DNA of 64,000 bases from Phoronis australis (Eukaryota; Animalia; Phoronida): NCBI GenBank assembly GCA_002633005.1, contig NMRA01000101.1, positions 945,151 through 1,009,150 on the forward strand, read 5' to 3'. A model generated the notes under the pieces. That model saw only the letters and a list, made by a program, of their open reading frames with translations, ran no database searches and had not been told where the DNA came from. The translations under genes and the position numbers were made by a program. Positions 37,258-48,897 of this stretch are shown here, piece after piece. Position 1 is the stretch's first letter, and the number at the start of each line of letters is the position of its first letter.

Positions 37258-40200
37258 TGACACTTCATCATAGGTCACTGTCAGTAGCTGCACTCAGTGG
37301 AGTTAAATCTGCTGTTTTTTAGTTTTTTTATGTTGCACTTGATGTGACAACTCTCCTGTCTCTAGTAGTACACACTGTCTTTGTAACTTATGAGATTTGT
37401 TTTTATGTACCCTCATGTACACAAGTGGGTGTTAATTGCCATCTGGGCGTGCACTGTTGAATCTCTTAAAAACCCCTTGCAGGATTTTAATGAGGTCTGG
37501 CGGATGTGTTCCTGTGAGGCTGACAACAGACAACGATGACTTTGATACTGATCTGACAACCGCTGTGCTTCTAGTGGCAATATTAGTTTTTTATGCATGC
37601 CTCCGTTTCAGAGTTTCATGGTGGAATTTCAGGAAAATTGGCAATTATGTTTCTATTGAAGAGATGACAATAGCATTTTTGGACAGATTCAACTTATTCT
37701 GCACCACCTAGTGCCCATTTTTTGAATTTTTTTTGTTTCATTTTTTGCCGTATGACTCTCTATCCACCAAACCCTCGAAGGATCGTGATGGTTATATTTT
37801 ATGACAGGGTTCTGTTGACTAACGGGTAGCTTTAAATTTGAGATAACTACACGGTTCTTACTACTGCTGTGCCCCATAGTGATAGGTTTGGTTTTTGCAC
37901 GTCAGTGTCTTCAAAATTTAGTGACTTAAGATTTTATTAGGGAGACGACAATGCCATTTTCGGACAGGCTTGAGGTATTCGGTACCTTCTAACGCCTATT
38001 CTATTATACTACAAAAACGCCTCTAGAAGCATACCATTTGCACTGCTGTTGTAGGTGCATTCTAACACTCAGCGATGATCTTGTTACGGTGTTTGTTCAG
38101 TGCTCAATACTCAACTCATGTGTCAATGTCTCTCACTCTGTCTTGTAACTATATTTTATTGGGATGACCTGTCTTATTGGAAATGTCTCATCACATATCC
38201 TATGGTGTGTGTAGAGTGATTCTTGTTGCAACCTCAGCAGTGCACCATGCTGCACGATTGAGTGTCATTAAAATCGCATGCAGCACCATTTTTGAAAATC
38301 ATTGTCTTGGCTTTTTTTAGGGATGGAACCCTTGTTTTATTTTGTTTTTTTAATTCAGTGACTTATTGTTTTTAATTACACTTGATTAAACTATAGACTA
38401 ATTGTAGTTCATTGCTTGTTTCAATGGCAAGATTCACAGCTGCAAGAATAATTTTTTGGAGTTTGAAGATTGCGACTTCATATCGACTTATTACAATTTC
38501 ATGGGAGTTTAGAAGGGCTTGTAATGCTATGAGATATGCTAAAAATACATTACCATTGAATTGGGAGAACAGATCCAGAAATCTTCCATGTGCATACTGG
38601 TATTTAGAACACTCTTGTTGCTGAATTAGTTGTTGGAATTCATCTCACTCTCATGATTTGTTTTTAGTACTGGTTATTTAGTTATAATCTCGTCTGCTTC
38701 TTGATTTTAGAGTTGCATTTTGGCGTGTTTAGATGACTAAAAACGGAAATGGATTTGGGCCTTTTTATGCACCTATATGTTGTTATCCTATGCAAGTTTC
38801 CACTCAATATCTCAAAAAGCACATGGGTGGATCGTGGTGAAATTTGGCACTAATGTGTTGGTAGAGCATCTCTGCAGCGGTGCATGTCACCTCTCAATCT
38901 ACCCCACTCCTCAGTGATGGGGAAATTTCAGTGTTTTTAGGGGAGAGTGTTTCTGAATATCTAGAAAATCATTGGAATGGATTTACACTGCAGCACCGTT
39001 TTGTTCTGGACAAAAGGCTTTTTCAGTAGATTTGGGAGGAAAGCATTTCTGGAAGATATCTAGAGAAGCTAGCAACATATTATGAAACGTGACAGAATTG
39101 TGACTATTTTGTCATGTTTAGCAGTCTGCTGATATCTTATGAACCCTTGGTCACATGTTGATGCCGTGGAGCACAAAAGCGTAAGCTGTCTCTAGAGCTA
39201 CTTTTTCAATCTCCTCACCTTCGTGCGCTAGAGGGGCAGTGCTTTTCAGTGTTTTTGGAGACGAAAGGTAAGCGATATCTAGGTGGATTTCATTGAAACT
39301 CGACACTTAGGTATGTTAGAACAATGTCGATTTTCGGACTGATTCAAGCACTGTAGCTCCCACTAGTGGTTGCTCTGGTTTAGACATACTTTTGAGGGAA
39401 GAGCGTTTCTGGATGATATCTGAGAAACGCCATGGATTTCAATGAAGTGGCTCAGAATTATATAGCAACATTGCCTCAGCACCAGATTATTTCGGCAATT
39501 TCGGCTGCTGCAGCACACTTTAGTGATCATTTTGTTGGGCTTTACTGCTGTCTGGTCGTATCACATAAATTCTTGAAAATGACATATGAACGCATTTTCT
39601 ATAACTGTAGTTGATAACAGAAGGGAAATCTATTATTGTAAGGAATATTATGAGACCGGTTTTACTAGTGAAAACCGTAATCCCATTTTTCATTTTCAGC
39701 CAGCTTAACTGTATAAAGTACAACTTTAAGTAGCTACTTTGTTTATTAAGAAATTCCATAATGGTTTTGTGAATGGAATATGTTCATTTGATATTTTCCT
39801 TCTGATCAGGTGACTAGATTTGTTATTATGGTTAATGGAAGTGTGTATGTTTTTGAAGCAGTATATTGTCTGTTTGAATCATGACTGGGTTTGTATTTTT
39901 ACGGACTATAGTACTATGTCATGCTGGTAATAAATAGTTTTTACATATTTTTATATCAACTTCACAATGCCCTGTTTAAAGTGTCAGTAAACCCGACTTC
40001 CAGCACAAAACCCAACTTTTGATTGGTGCCTACGTTAATTCCCAAATTGTTCCTTAAACAAACTGGAGATGATTTCAGGGCCTCACCAGTGGTCTGTTTC
40101 ATTAAAAGCGACTTAAGACCGAAATTTTGTCTCACACTCCATACAACTATTTCTGAAAAGTAATTAAATCTAGTGAAGTCTGAGAATATGCGTATAACTG

Positions 40201-41499
40201 CTAGTTACCAAGAAAATTTCTATGAATTGTTTCTAGTCTGTGATGCGCCGGCAATTCCCGTGGTTGGCGAAACCCTTTTCAACAACGGGTACGTAAGGAG
40301 TCGAATTCCTCTCTAAGTGATGAGTCACCTTTCATGAAATCATAGATTATAGACAGATTAGCAACTCCGACATTTTCTTCCGTGCAAGCCATGAGGCGCC
40401 GCCACTCTCCTAAATTATCTGGTGCAGTTTCCGATTAGTGTATTTTTACGGGAAATTCTCGCATCTACTTTACTGTCCAGCACAAAGAAAAAAATATTAA
40501 TTTCGGCGTTGAAACACTGTTCAAAGTCTAGTCCTCTCTAAGTGATGAGTCACCTTTCATGAAACCATAGATTAATTACGCCCATCCTGATTTGGCCCAA
40601 CTTGAACTTATTGGGTTCTACTATATATTGGGTTGGCATAGGGTGACCCACATGGTGCTTACTCGAATGGGCTTCATTTTACCAACTATTTCAAATTGTG
40701 TAGGTGAAGTAAATAAACAAAGTGGGTGATTATCATCACCGGAATTTCATCATTATTATCTTTTGCCGGGTGCTCAAATTTCACGTTCTGAGATTAAGGA
40801 TTGCCACATTTGTAATGTAGAAATGTTTCGCTGGACTTCCAGGTCTGTGACGTTATTTATACCGGACCAAAATTTAAAAAACGAGGCCCTTGTTTAAATC
40901 AGGAGCTGCATGATCCACGTTTTACCAGACGTGCGCAGGCAGCGCTTGAGGGCCCATTGCACTTATCACTTGGAACCGTTTTAATGCTTTATTAATATAT
41001 AGTTAGACCGAGCTGAGGAGCTTGAAACCTGATTCACGGCAATTTTTGGCAGTGGGATTTTTTGAAAAATGCTTGTAAGTTAACAACAAAGTTTGATAGC
41101 AATGCACTGCAATTTTGTTGAAACACTGTCATAAGTCACAGATTCGTCACAGAGCTCCGGAGAGGGCGCTTGAGGTTTGATGTGTAAAGCTGTGACGAAC
41201 ATGTAGTGCAGGTCTGGGCGGCGGAATGATGCTGAGCTCCCACTCATGACGGAGAAGGCGCTTGAGGTTTTAACTTTGTTAAGCTGTCCGACGACACCGT
41301 GTGTTAAGTGCATCGCCGTTCAAGAGAACTGTGATGACGAATACATTCATCCGTATGACATATGCATTCTTAAATAACATTACATCTGGCCACTATTCGC
41401 AATCTTTCCCGATTGGGGTTGTTTTTTGTGGTACTGTAACTTTGTATTCTGATAATAAACAATTACATTCAACTGATCACCTGATTTGACGACGTTAAC

Positions 41500-42100
41500 A
41501 TTGTTTGTGACACTGACTGGAGACGCAGTATGCTCTCTCTCCCGACGGTTATCCTTGCGTTTGGGGGGGGGGTTCATTCAAGATCATTTTTACACCAACA
41601 CTGACCGTGAAATAACAAGGAAAGAAATAGTAGACTATACCGCTGTTCGCTATGTAGAAAATGGCTCATTTCGATTAAAGGTTTTGTTGTGTCTGATAAC
41701 CAGTCACGAAAAAACTGCCCGGTAAATGAACAGCTCAAATGTTAACTTCACGTTGAGAATGTTCCGTTAGGCTTGTGGGCTTCATACTGTGTGTTTCACA
41801 CTCTCTGCTTACAGGACCTTCTGCCTGTTGATACTGTTTATTTCACTGTTTACCTCAATTCCACCACGTTCATTTTACCTATTGCCTGAAGATGAGGCAT
41901 GTGGTCTTGAAATATAACCTGCTTGCCCGTTGTCTCTTGGCGTTTAGCTTCACATTCTCTTTGCACGCCGGAAGCTAGGAGAGTGTATAGAAAGTACCTC
42001 GGAACAACTATATGTCAAGCTGTCTTAAAAAAGTACAGTCGTACCTTCAACCAAGTTTGTGTCAATGAAGGGCTGCTACCGAAATATACTAATATGAAAA
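41500..42100 (+). mobile_element. Decayed Penelope-like element: GIY-YIG tail, hammerhead-like core, then ORF N-terminus
   Basis: Peptides SLSRRLSLRL..G.IQDHF...ITRKEIVDYT...RLKVL and FNQVCVNEGLLPKYTN resemble the C- and N-terminal PLE segments; CTGAAGA...GAAA lies between them. Confidence 0.65.
41884..41918 (+). ncRNA. Minimal hammerhead ribozyme candidate (PLE-associated)
   Basis: CTGAAGA-T-GAGGC(ATGTG)GTCTT-GAAA-TATA; stem II pairs with two G-U wobbles; located where a PLE pseudo-LTR is expected. Confidence 0.5.
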
Positions 42101-43589
42101 GCTATACCATTTACTGGAAATTGGAAAGGAGTGATAGATAGTCACCTGGTCATCCTCTCCTGACATCACCTTCCTTAATCTAAAAGGGTTCATGATTTCG
42201 CAAAAAGTGATGTAATTGATTCCATTGGGAGCCCTCAGTGAGACATGTCAGTGAAAAAGCAGGATAACGGTAGCCATGGGACACGCCATATTAGGGCATC
42301 TCCCAGAGCTGTGATTTGTATCAAATTATATTCGATTTCAACAACTATTCCATAACCACTTGATGAAAAGGGTGCTTGGACTGAGAAATACAGCTGTGCA
42401 TGCCTTAAAAATTGTCTTCCTAACGTCAATTGTATGAACACGAGCACGTATTCAAGGGAGCATAAACCATCAGTGCTACATTTTTAAAAACTTGTGACAC
42501 CTAACAAAAATGATCTGGCCATTGTCCCCAAATCCTAGTTTTGACGCTTCAACTGTCGCCGTTTTACGGGTCCAGGTGATGACCTCTGATATAAAAAACT
42601 AGATACGTATAATCATTTATTGAATAGTATTTAGAGTAACTATTTGATAATATAACACGGCAGGCCGACGTCTTTCTGCTGTCTTTAAACTTTTTCTTAT
42701 CTTGTTCGGGTTAATAAGGCTCAGAATACCTCAAAATACAACAGGATAACGTCGTGGAAAAAGTCCTCCAGGTACGCCAGCTAAGGGTGACGTTTTCCAG
42801 AAGCTCCCAACTATTGGGTCCCTTTTAATAAACGGTGGGTTTCTGTTTTACTGACACTCCAAAGGTCTGAGCTTCCCTGTTCCCCATGCTATTTTACTGA
42901 AATAATATTTCTCTCATCGGGAATTGCCGTTGTTGACACGAGTGGGTCCTTGTGCTCTATCGCTTTACTACGAGGAATCCCCGATCCTTCAAGGTGGCGT
43001 TGTGTCAGTGGGCATTGCTGTCATGAGCCTTGGTCGTTATCTTGTTGGTGGATTCATGAGAAATCCAGAAATTTAAAACTGAAAAAAAATCTTTTCTAAG
43101 CAACGTTGGTTCATGCGCACCCAGCCTTTAATATGAGGGACTCGAATTTTCCGACGATGTGGACCTCTCACTTACAAAAAGCGGAAGGACTAAAAAAACG
43201 TGGTACCACGTTCATAGTCTCGTTTTCCCAGACTTATTGCTTCTCTGAGGCGGACCTTTTTGCCCACTTCGCCAAATGGGTGGCTCGTTCGAGCCCCGCC
43301 CACGAGCTCTCCCTCCGGCCGGATGCGCGCATTAAATTTTAGGTATTGTGTAAAATGATGTCATCTTGATAAAGGATTATTTGTTAGTTTTGTCTAACGA
43401 GACTTGTTATAAAATTGCGTGACGAAGGTTAAACTAATTAAATCACTGCGAGGCAGCGCCCTCTGTGAAAAAACTGGACTCGGGCCACTTACCGTTATTA
43501 AATCGGTCGTCGTGTTCCTTACTCAGATTAGAAATAATTTCTTGGCTTCAAAATAACTGACACTTTACCGTTCAGATAATAGACTCACA

Positions 43590-43720
43590 ATGAGACAGTG
43601 TGGCTCAGTGGTTTGAGCCCCCGGACTCCCATTTGAGACACCCGTGTTCACATCGTGTCTTTACTGGCAGATAATCGAGCATTGCATAAAAGTGCCTCCT
43701 GCTCCTCTGAGCTCGGTCTT
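43590..43720 (+). mobile_element. tRNA-derived SINE head (degenerate)
   Basis: A box TGGCTCAGTGG and B-box-like GTTCACATC at tRNA spacing; no intact cloverleaf. Confidence 0.4.
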
Positions 43721-43770
43721 ACTTGTGAATGTCAGTGCAAAGGATAGAATGAAAACCTGGACATAATCCG

Positions 43771-43985
43771 AAAGCGATTTCTGGGGCTGTGCTCATGATA
43801 TTAAGTTGTCGCGAGCAGTTAGCTCCAGCCTTCAAAGCAGCAATTTCTGGGGCTGTAGGCCTACTCATTTTATTAGCTGTCGCAAGCGGTTAGCTTCAGC
43901 CTTCAAAGCAGCAATGTCTGGGGCTGTGCTCATGCTATTAAGTTGTCGCGAACGGTTAGCTCATTCCGCCGCCAAAGCAGCAATA
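43771..43985. repeat. ~65-70-bp tandem repeat, 3 units
   Basis: TCTGGGGCTGT...GTCGC...GTTAGCT occurs three times. Confidence 0.85.
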
Positions 43986-45186
43986 TTGCCTTTAAGTGAG
44001 ATCTAGGCGTTTTACTCCAACCAGTTTCAATTCTCACAAAGGACATGAGCGCTTTAAAAGGTCGAACACGCCTGTGAAGAAAAACGTCGGATTTGACTCC
44101 ATGCAGAGACGTGGTTTACATTGACTTTAACAAAAATGACAAGAAATGGTATTATTTAAAAGAAAATCTATAGTACCCAATAGTTATCTGGAGTCGAAAC
44201 ATCAAAACTTTACTTTATTTTTTCTATGAAACCATGACGAGAGACTATCAGTCTTAAATTTTAATTAGACATCTCAATAACTTATGTTGAGTCTAAAAAC
44301 CTATCCTATTTATCCAATTGATTTCAGGACAGCTGTTCAGGCTCAGTTATAAATCAATGCGCTCAACATGTTGCGCGTATGAAAGTATATCAATAAGTTG
44401 ATTTTAACCAAAGTTACCAACAATATAACGCCACGTGGATGATAAAGTCGAGGGTTCTCGGGGAAGACGCTTTTCTTCGCGAGGAGCTCCCAAGGGGGTG
44501 ACAAACCCCATGCTGTCGCGCCTTTGTTAGTGGAATTTCATAAAAGGTTTGAAATAGTGCGCTGCAATCAGACTGTNGCAATATTGCCTTTAAGTGAGAT
44601 CTAGGCGTTTTACTCCAACCAGTTTCAATTCTCACAAAGGACATGAGCGCAATACTGTTGCTTTAAAAGGTCGAACACGCCTGTGAAGAAAAACGTCGGA
44701 TTTGACTCCATGCAGAGACGTGGTTTACATTGACTTTAACAAAAATGACAAGAAATGGTATTATCTAAAAGAAAATCTATAGTACCCAATAGTTATCTGG
44801 AGTCGAAACATCAAAACTTTACTATATTTTTTCTATGAAACCATGACGAGAGACTATCAGTCTTAAATTTTAATTAGACATCTCAATAACTTATGTTGAG
44901 TCTAAAAACCTATCCTATTTATCCAATTGATTTCAGGACAGCTGTTCAGGCTCAGTTATAAATCAATGCGCTCAACATGTTGCGCGTATGAAAGTATATC
45001 AATAAGTTGATTTTAACCAAAGTTACCAACAATATAACGCCACGTGGATGATAAAGTCGAGGGTTCTCGGGGAAGACGCTTTTCTTCGCGAGGAGCTCCC
45101 AAGGGGGTGACAAACCCCATGCTGTCGCGCCTTTGTTAGTGGAATTTCATAAAAGGTTTGAAATAGTGCGCTGCAATCAGACTGTG
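43980..45186. repeat. ~600-bp near-identical tandem duplication joined by a single N (44577)
   Basis: The copies differ by a few SNPs and one small indel; probably an uncollapsed contig overlap. Confidence 0.9.
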
Positions 45187-45409
45187 ACTGTACCTGTTCG
45201 TGGCAAACAGCAGATCTACGTACAAAAAAGATACGACTAATACTTGGCGAAAAGCAGATGACTGTTTACGATAGAGCAAACGGAATCAACACGTGAAGAT
45301 CAATGCATGTGAACGGTAACTTGATGTAAATCACCAACTTTAAATAAATCTTTACAAGATTTGAATCCGGTATGTGTAATTGAGAATGTATACGTCAAAA
45401 CAATAGTCA

Positions 45410-46355
45410 ATTGGATCTTTTAATCATGCACTCGACCAGTTCAATGACCACAATTTCTATCTGGAAGCCTGCATCAGAATATTTGTTATCTTGTTTCCTC
45501 AACATGTCTACGTCTGAAACTCGCAGGCTTTTAATTCAAACTTTTCGACTTGGCGCTTTTCCCACAAGAATAGTTCGGTTAAAGCAACTGGAACTTTGAT
45601 GGAGTTTCGACTCCTCCATCAAAATCTATCTTTAAAGTTATTAACTGATAGACATTTGAAAATGAGAGTTGAGAAGAGATTCATGATCTAAATAGTCAAC
45701 GTTTCGGTTTATTGACATAAAACCATCAACAGGAACCAATTCCACTACGGTCCTGTAGAAGAAAAGGCATTTGTTGGTACTCTTGGGTTACTCTTGATCG
45801 TCTGTTGGGAACTGCGGCAGCATCTGCTAATATCCATGTTGTTTTCAAGCCGTGTAACAGACTCCTTCTTTTGTCTAGACTTAAATGTAAATTAGAAATC
45901 TACAAAACAGTGGTGTTTCATATTTACCAAATCTATTGTGATGACTTTTATATAGTCATTACAACTAGGTTCTTGCGAACTAGAGTCGATGAGCCCCGGG
46001 GCATGTTAAAAACCCCAACAGTTCTCTATTTCAGTGTTAACTGATCATGAGATTGGCTTTTCTGGAGTTAAGATACAAGACAAGTTCAAGCTGTGTATTT
46101 GGGAATCTATTCACATCGAACAAACTCATGCTGGTAGTTCACTCAACAGGAATGTTGTGTCATATGGTTCAAGAGTTATTCTGAACACTGTTTTGTCACT
46201 TACCAGTACTACTCATGCGTTGTGATGTTCATTTAGTGTTTTGGTTGTATTGCCGGTTAGTGACATTGCTTCTGAAGTCCTGATAATGGTTTATGTCAAT
46301 AAACCGAAACGTTGACCACTTGGATCATGAATCTTTTCTCAGTTTTCATTTTCAA
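45410..46355 (+). mobile_element. Decayed Penelope-like element with an inverted pseudo-LTR segment
   Basis: Relic peptides VVFKP...YQIYCDDFYI..TTR.LRTRVDE and KL.IWESIHI...SLNR (GIY-YIG). 45657-45734 is an inverted copy of 46277-46355. Confidence 0.7.
46275..46318 (+). ncRNA. Minimal type-I hammerhead ribozyme relic (PLE-associated)
   Basis: GTC-CTGATAA-T-GGTTTA(TGTCAA)TAAACC-GAAA-CGTT-GAC: perfect 6-bp stem II and palindromic stem III; one core substitution relative to CUGAUGA. Confidence 0.65.
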
Positions 46356-48789
46356 CTTTCTCCTGGTACTATAGCCCAAAACTAGTGATGTGGATATTTG
46401 TTAAGACTTACACTGACATACGATTACATGTCAAAAGGCATTATATGTATATATTTGACACCCACGCAGTCATTTTCTGTCATCTCAGATTCCTCGTCAC
46501 CATCCGTTGCATACATGAGTTTGTGTTGCTTCCCATTACGCTCGGATGAAAGCCTCAGCCAGGTCGTTCTGCCTGACTAGATCGGTGGGACTTTCGTTCG
46601 CTTGCAATGGGACAGCTGACAACACAATATTCTACCTCCGGCAAGCAGCGCGTGCCTGACCCACTGACGTACTGACGTGCTGTGCAAATAAATGCCTAGT
46701 TTGAATTAACTGGTGATGGAGGTCTTTATTGCATCTAGGAGTTATACAGAGCTATAAGTTTCTTCGGAGCCATTTCTTCATTCACTAAACTCAACCGCTC
46801 AGTGTCACAAAAGCTAAGTTCGGCTACTAACTCTTATCAAAATGTTCGCGTTGTTCGCTTCTCAGATTAACAAAGTATGGGAGTCTTTTCCTTGAAAGAT
46901 TAGGCGTATTTTAACATCTCTAGCAACCAATGTCTAATAGACATAGGCTTAGTGAGGTTAAACATTTATTTAAATTCTCATGCAAAATGTATTATATAAA
47001 GCAGACGACATCAATTAGCGTTATAAACCCGCCTTCAGTGAAGCTAACTTCTGACTTAGAAAAATTACTTTTGTCAAACTAGTCGAAACTAGTTGCTGAT
47101 TCAGATTTGAAGGGATTTCTGAGCTTAGCAAATTTTCACTGTTTATTCAATGATTGCTCTAGACCGTGCTCAACAGGTTGGTTTGGACGTCCTTCAGGTT
47201 TTATGCGTCGAGCCTCTGATCTCAAGCAAGCTCTTCAAGTATTTCTAACCTGTAATCTGGCTGAGGAGGCCAACGAAAGGACATGAGGTCAGCTTTGTAC
47301 CAACAATCTGTCAAGTGGCCTAAGTACAAAGTTACTTTTTGACAGAAGGTCGTTTATAGCACCTTATTTATAGCGTATTTTGTCTGCATAAGAATAATAT
47401 TAAAGTAATAGTATATGGGCGGACACTATCTTTGCCTCACCCACACACTCAAAGAACATCATACCACGAAACCTGAACTCAACTGCACTGACTCAATCCG
47501 GCTCTCTTGCACCTGACCGAAAAAATAACACCTAGAAACTGCACTGCCTGAATTTGGTTGGGTTTTAGATTTTCTCGGTAAGGATCTTCAGTGCGTGGCA
47601 AGGTCAGATCATAAGTTTCTGCGATGATATAATGTTTCAGAGGTAGTTGGTATCCTCCCCCAGTATGAGTAATAGATCGTGCGGAATGACAACTATACAA
47701 CTCTTCACGTGCTTGCGACGGCTTGCTCTCAGTCCCTTCACGTGTCCTAACTCAACTGTAGATGCTGCAGCGATGTTGTTTGATTCATTTTAACATTTTC
47801 ATTCCATTTGAACACGATTTAAGTGTAAGGTTATCGTAATTATAGTTTATCTCTTATTTCAATCCTTAGGAGACAACCCAGAGACTCGGTTAAGATTGTT
47901 CTTCGTTAAAAGAGACAGATATCGATTAATATGTAGAGTGACTATAGTCTTATTATTACAGCACGTGACCGCGTGTGATTTCTTTCTCACCTCTGTAGGA
48001 GGCTAAAACACACCTGTAATCACAGCCGACAGGTGATAAAATTTATATGAAGAAATATTCTCAGCATGTTGTATATACTGGCGTGCGTGCCTGTTTGTTC
48101 GTCAAATTTAAGAGGTATTGACATAGCATTAAAATACAGTGCTGTGATTTTTTAGCTATGCTGTTACGTTATCTTAGGATTGATTAACAGTTTTCGTAAT
48201 TTCAGCTCTTTACATGCGTCTTACTCTGCTCTCAGGGCACTTCTTTTATTGGTCTGGGCTCTGCAGCCGTTTCGCTTTCAAAGCATAATGTATATGAGAT
48301 CTCGTGATTGCCATTAATGCCATAATGCCCTGTTATCATGATTGTCCTCAATATCTGATTCAAAGTATTTCTGTACTAATTTGTTGGTTTGATATACCTA
48401 TAATAGAGAACAGCAGGTAACGACCTCCAGTGCAATAGTTGTCGGAGCCTCTTGTGTCATCATTACGCATCTGTACTCGTTGCCTATGACTTGGATGAGG
48501 AACAGCTGTGTGTCGCCTTTCAGTTATCCATACACTGTAATTGTCATTCACTCATACACACCTTTTGTCGACAACGCTGTTTAATTGTCAACGCAACATC
48601 TGTTGCACACAGGATAGCGGATACGATAATACGATAATGCATGTAACAGTGTAAATACATGTACGACCATGAACAACTAATGATATAGACAGTAAAAGCA
48701 AACCTAACTCAAGACATCAACTATGAACGGCAAGCTATTAATACATCATCTATGAACGGCAAGCTATTAATACATATAAAATATACAAA

Positions 48790-48897
48790 GACACGCACGC
48801 ACGCACGCACGCACACACACACTCACACACACAAACGCACACTCACCAACACAAACACACACACACACACACACCCATATACACACTCACACACACC
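48790..48897. repeat. (GCAC)n/(CA)n compound microsatellite
   Basis: Directly visible; shorter similar tracts near 2245, 21130 and 54755. Confidence 0.9.

Noticed and set aside
43980-45186. Real recent segmental duplication
   Set aside because: The copies abut at a single N, as at 52796, which points to uncollapsed contig overlaps.
47479-47700. DIRS-like reverse transcriptase relic (KPNQIQAVQFLGVIFS)
   Set aside because: Only one short motif-like resemblance; no catalytic motif found. It needs a profile search.
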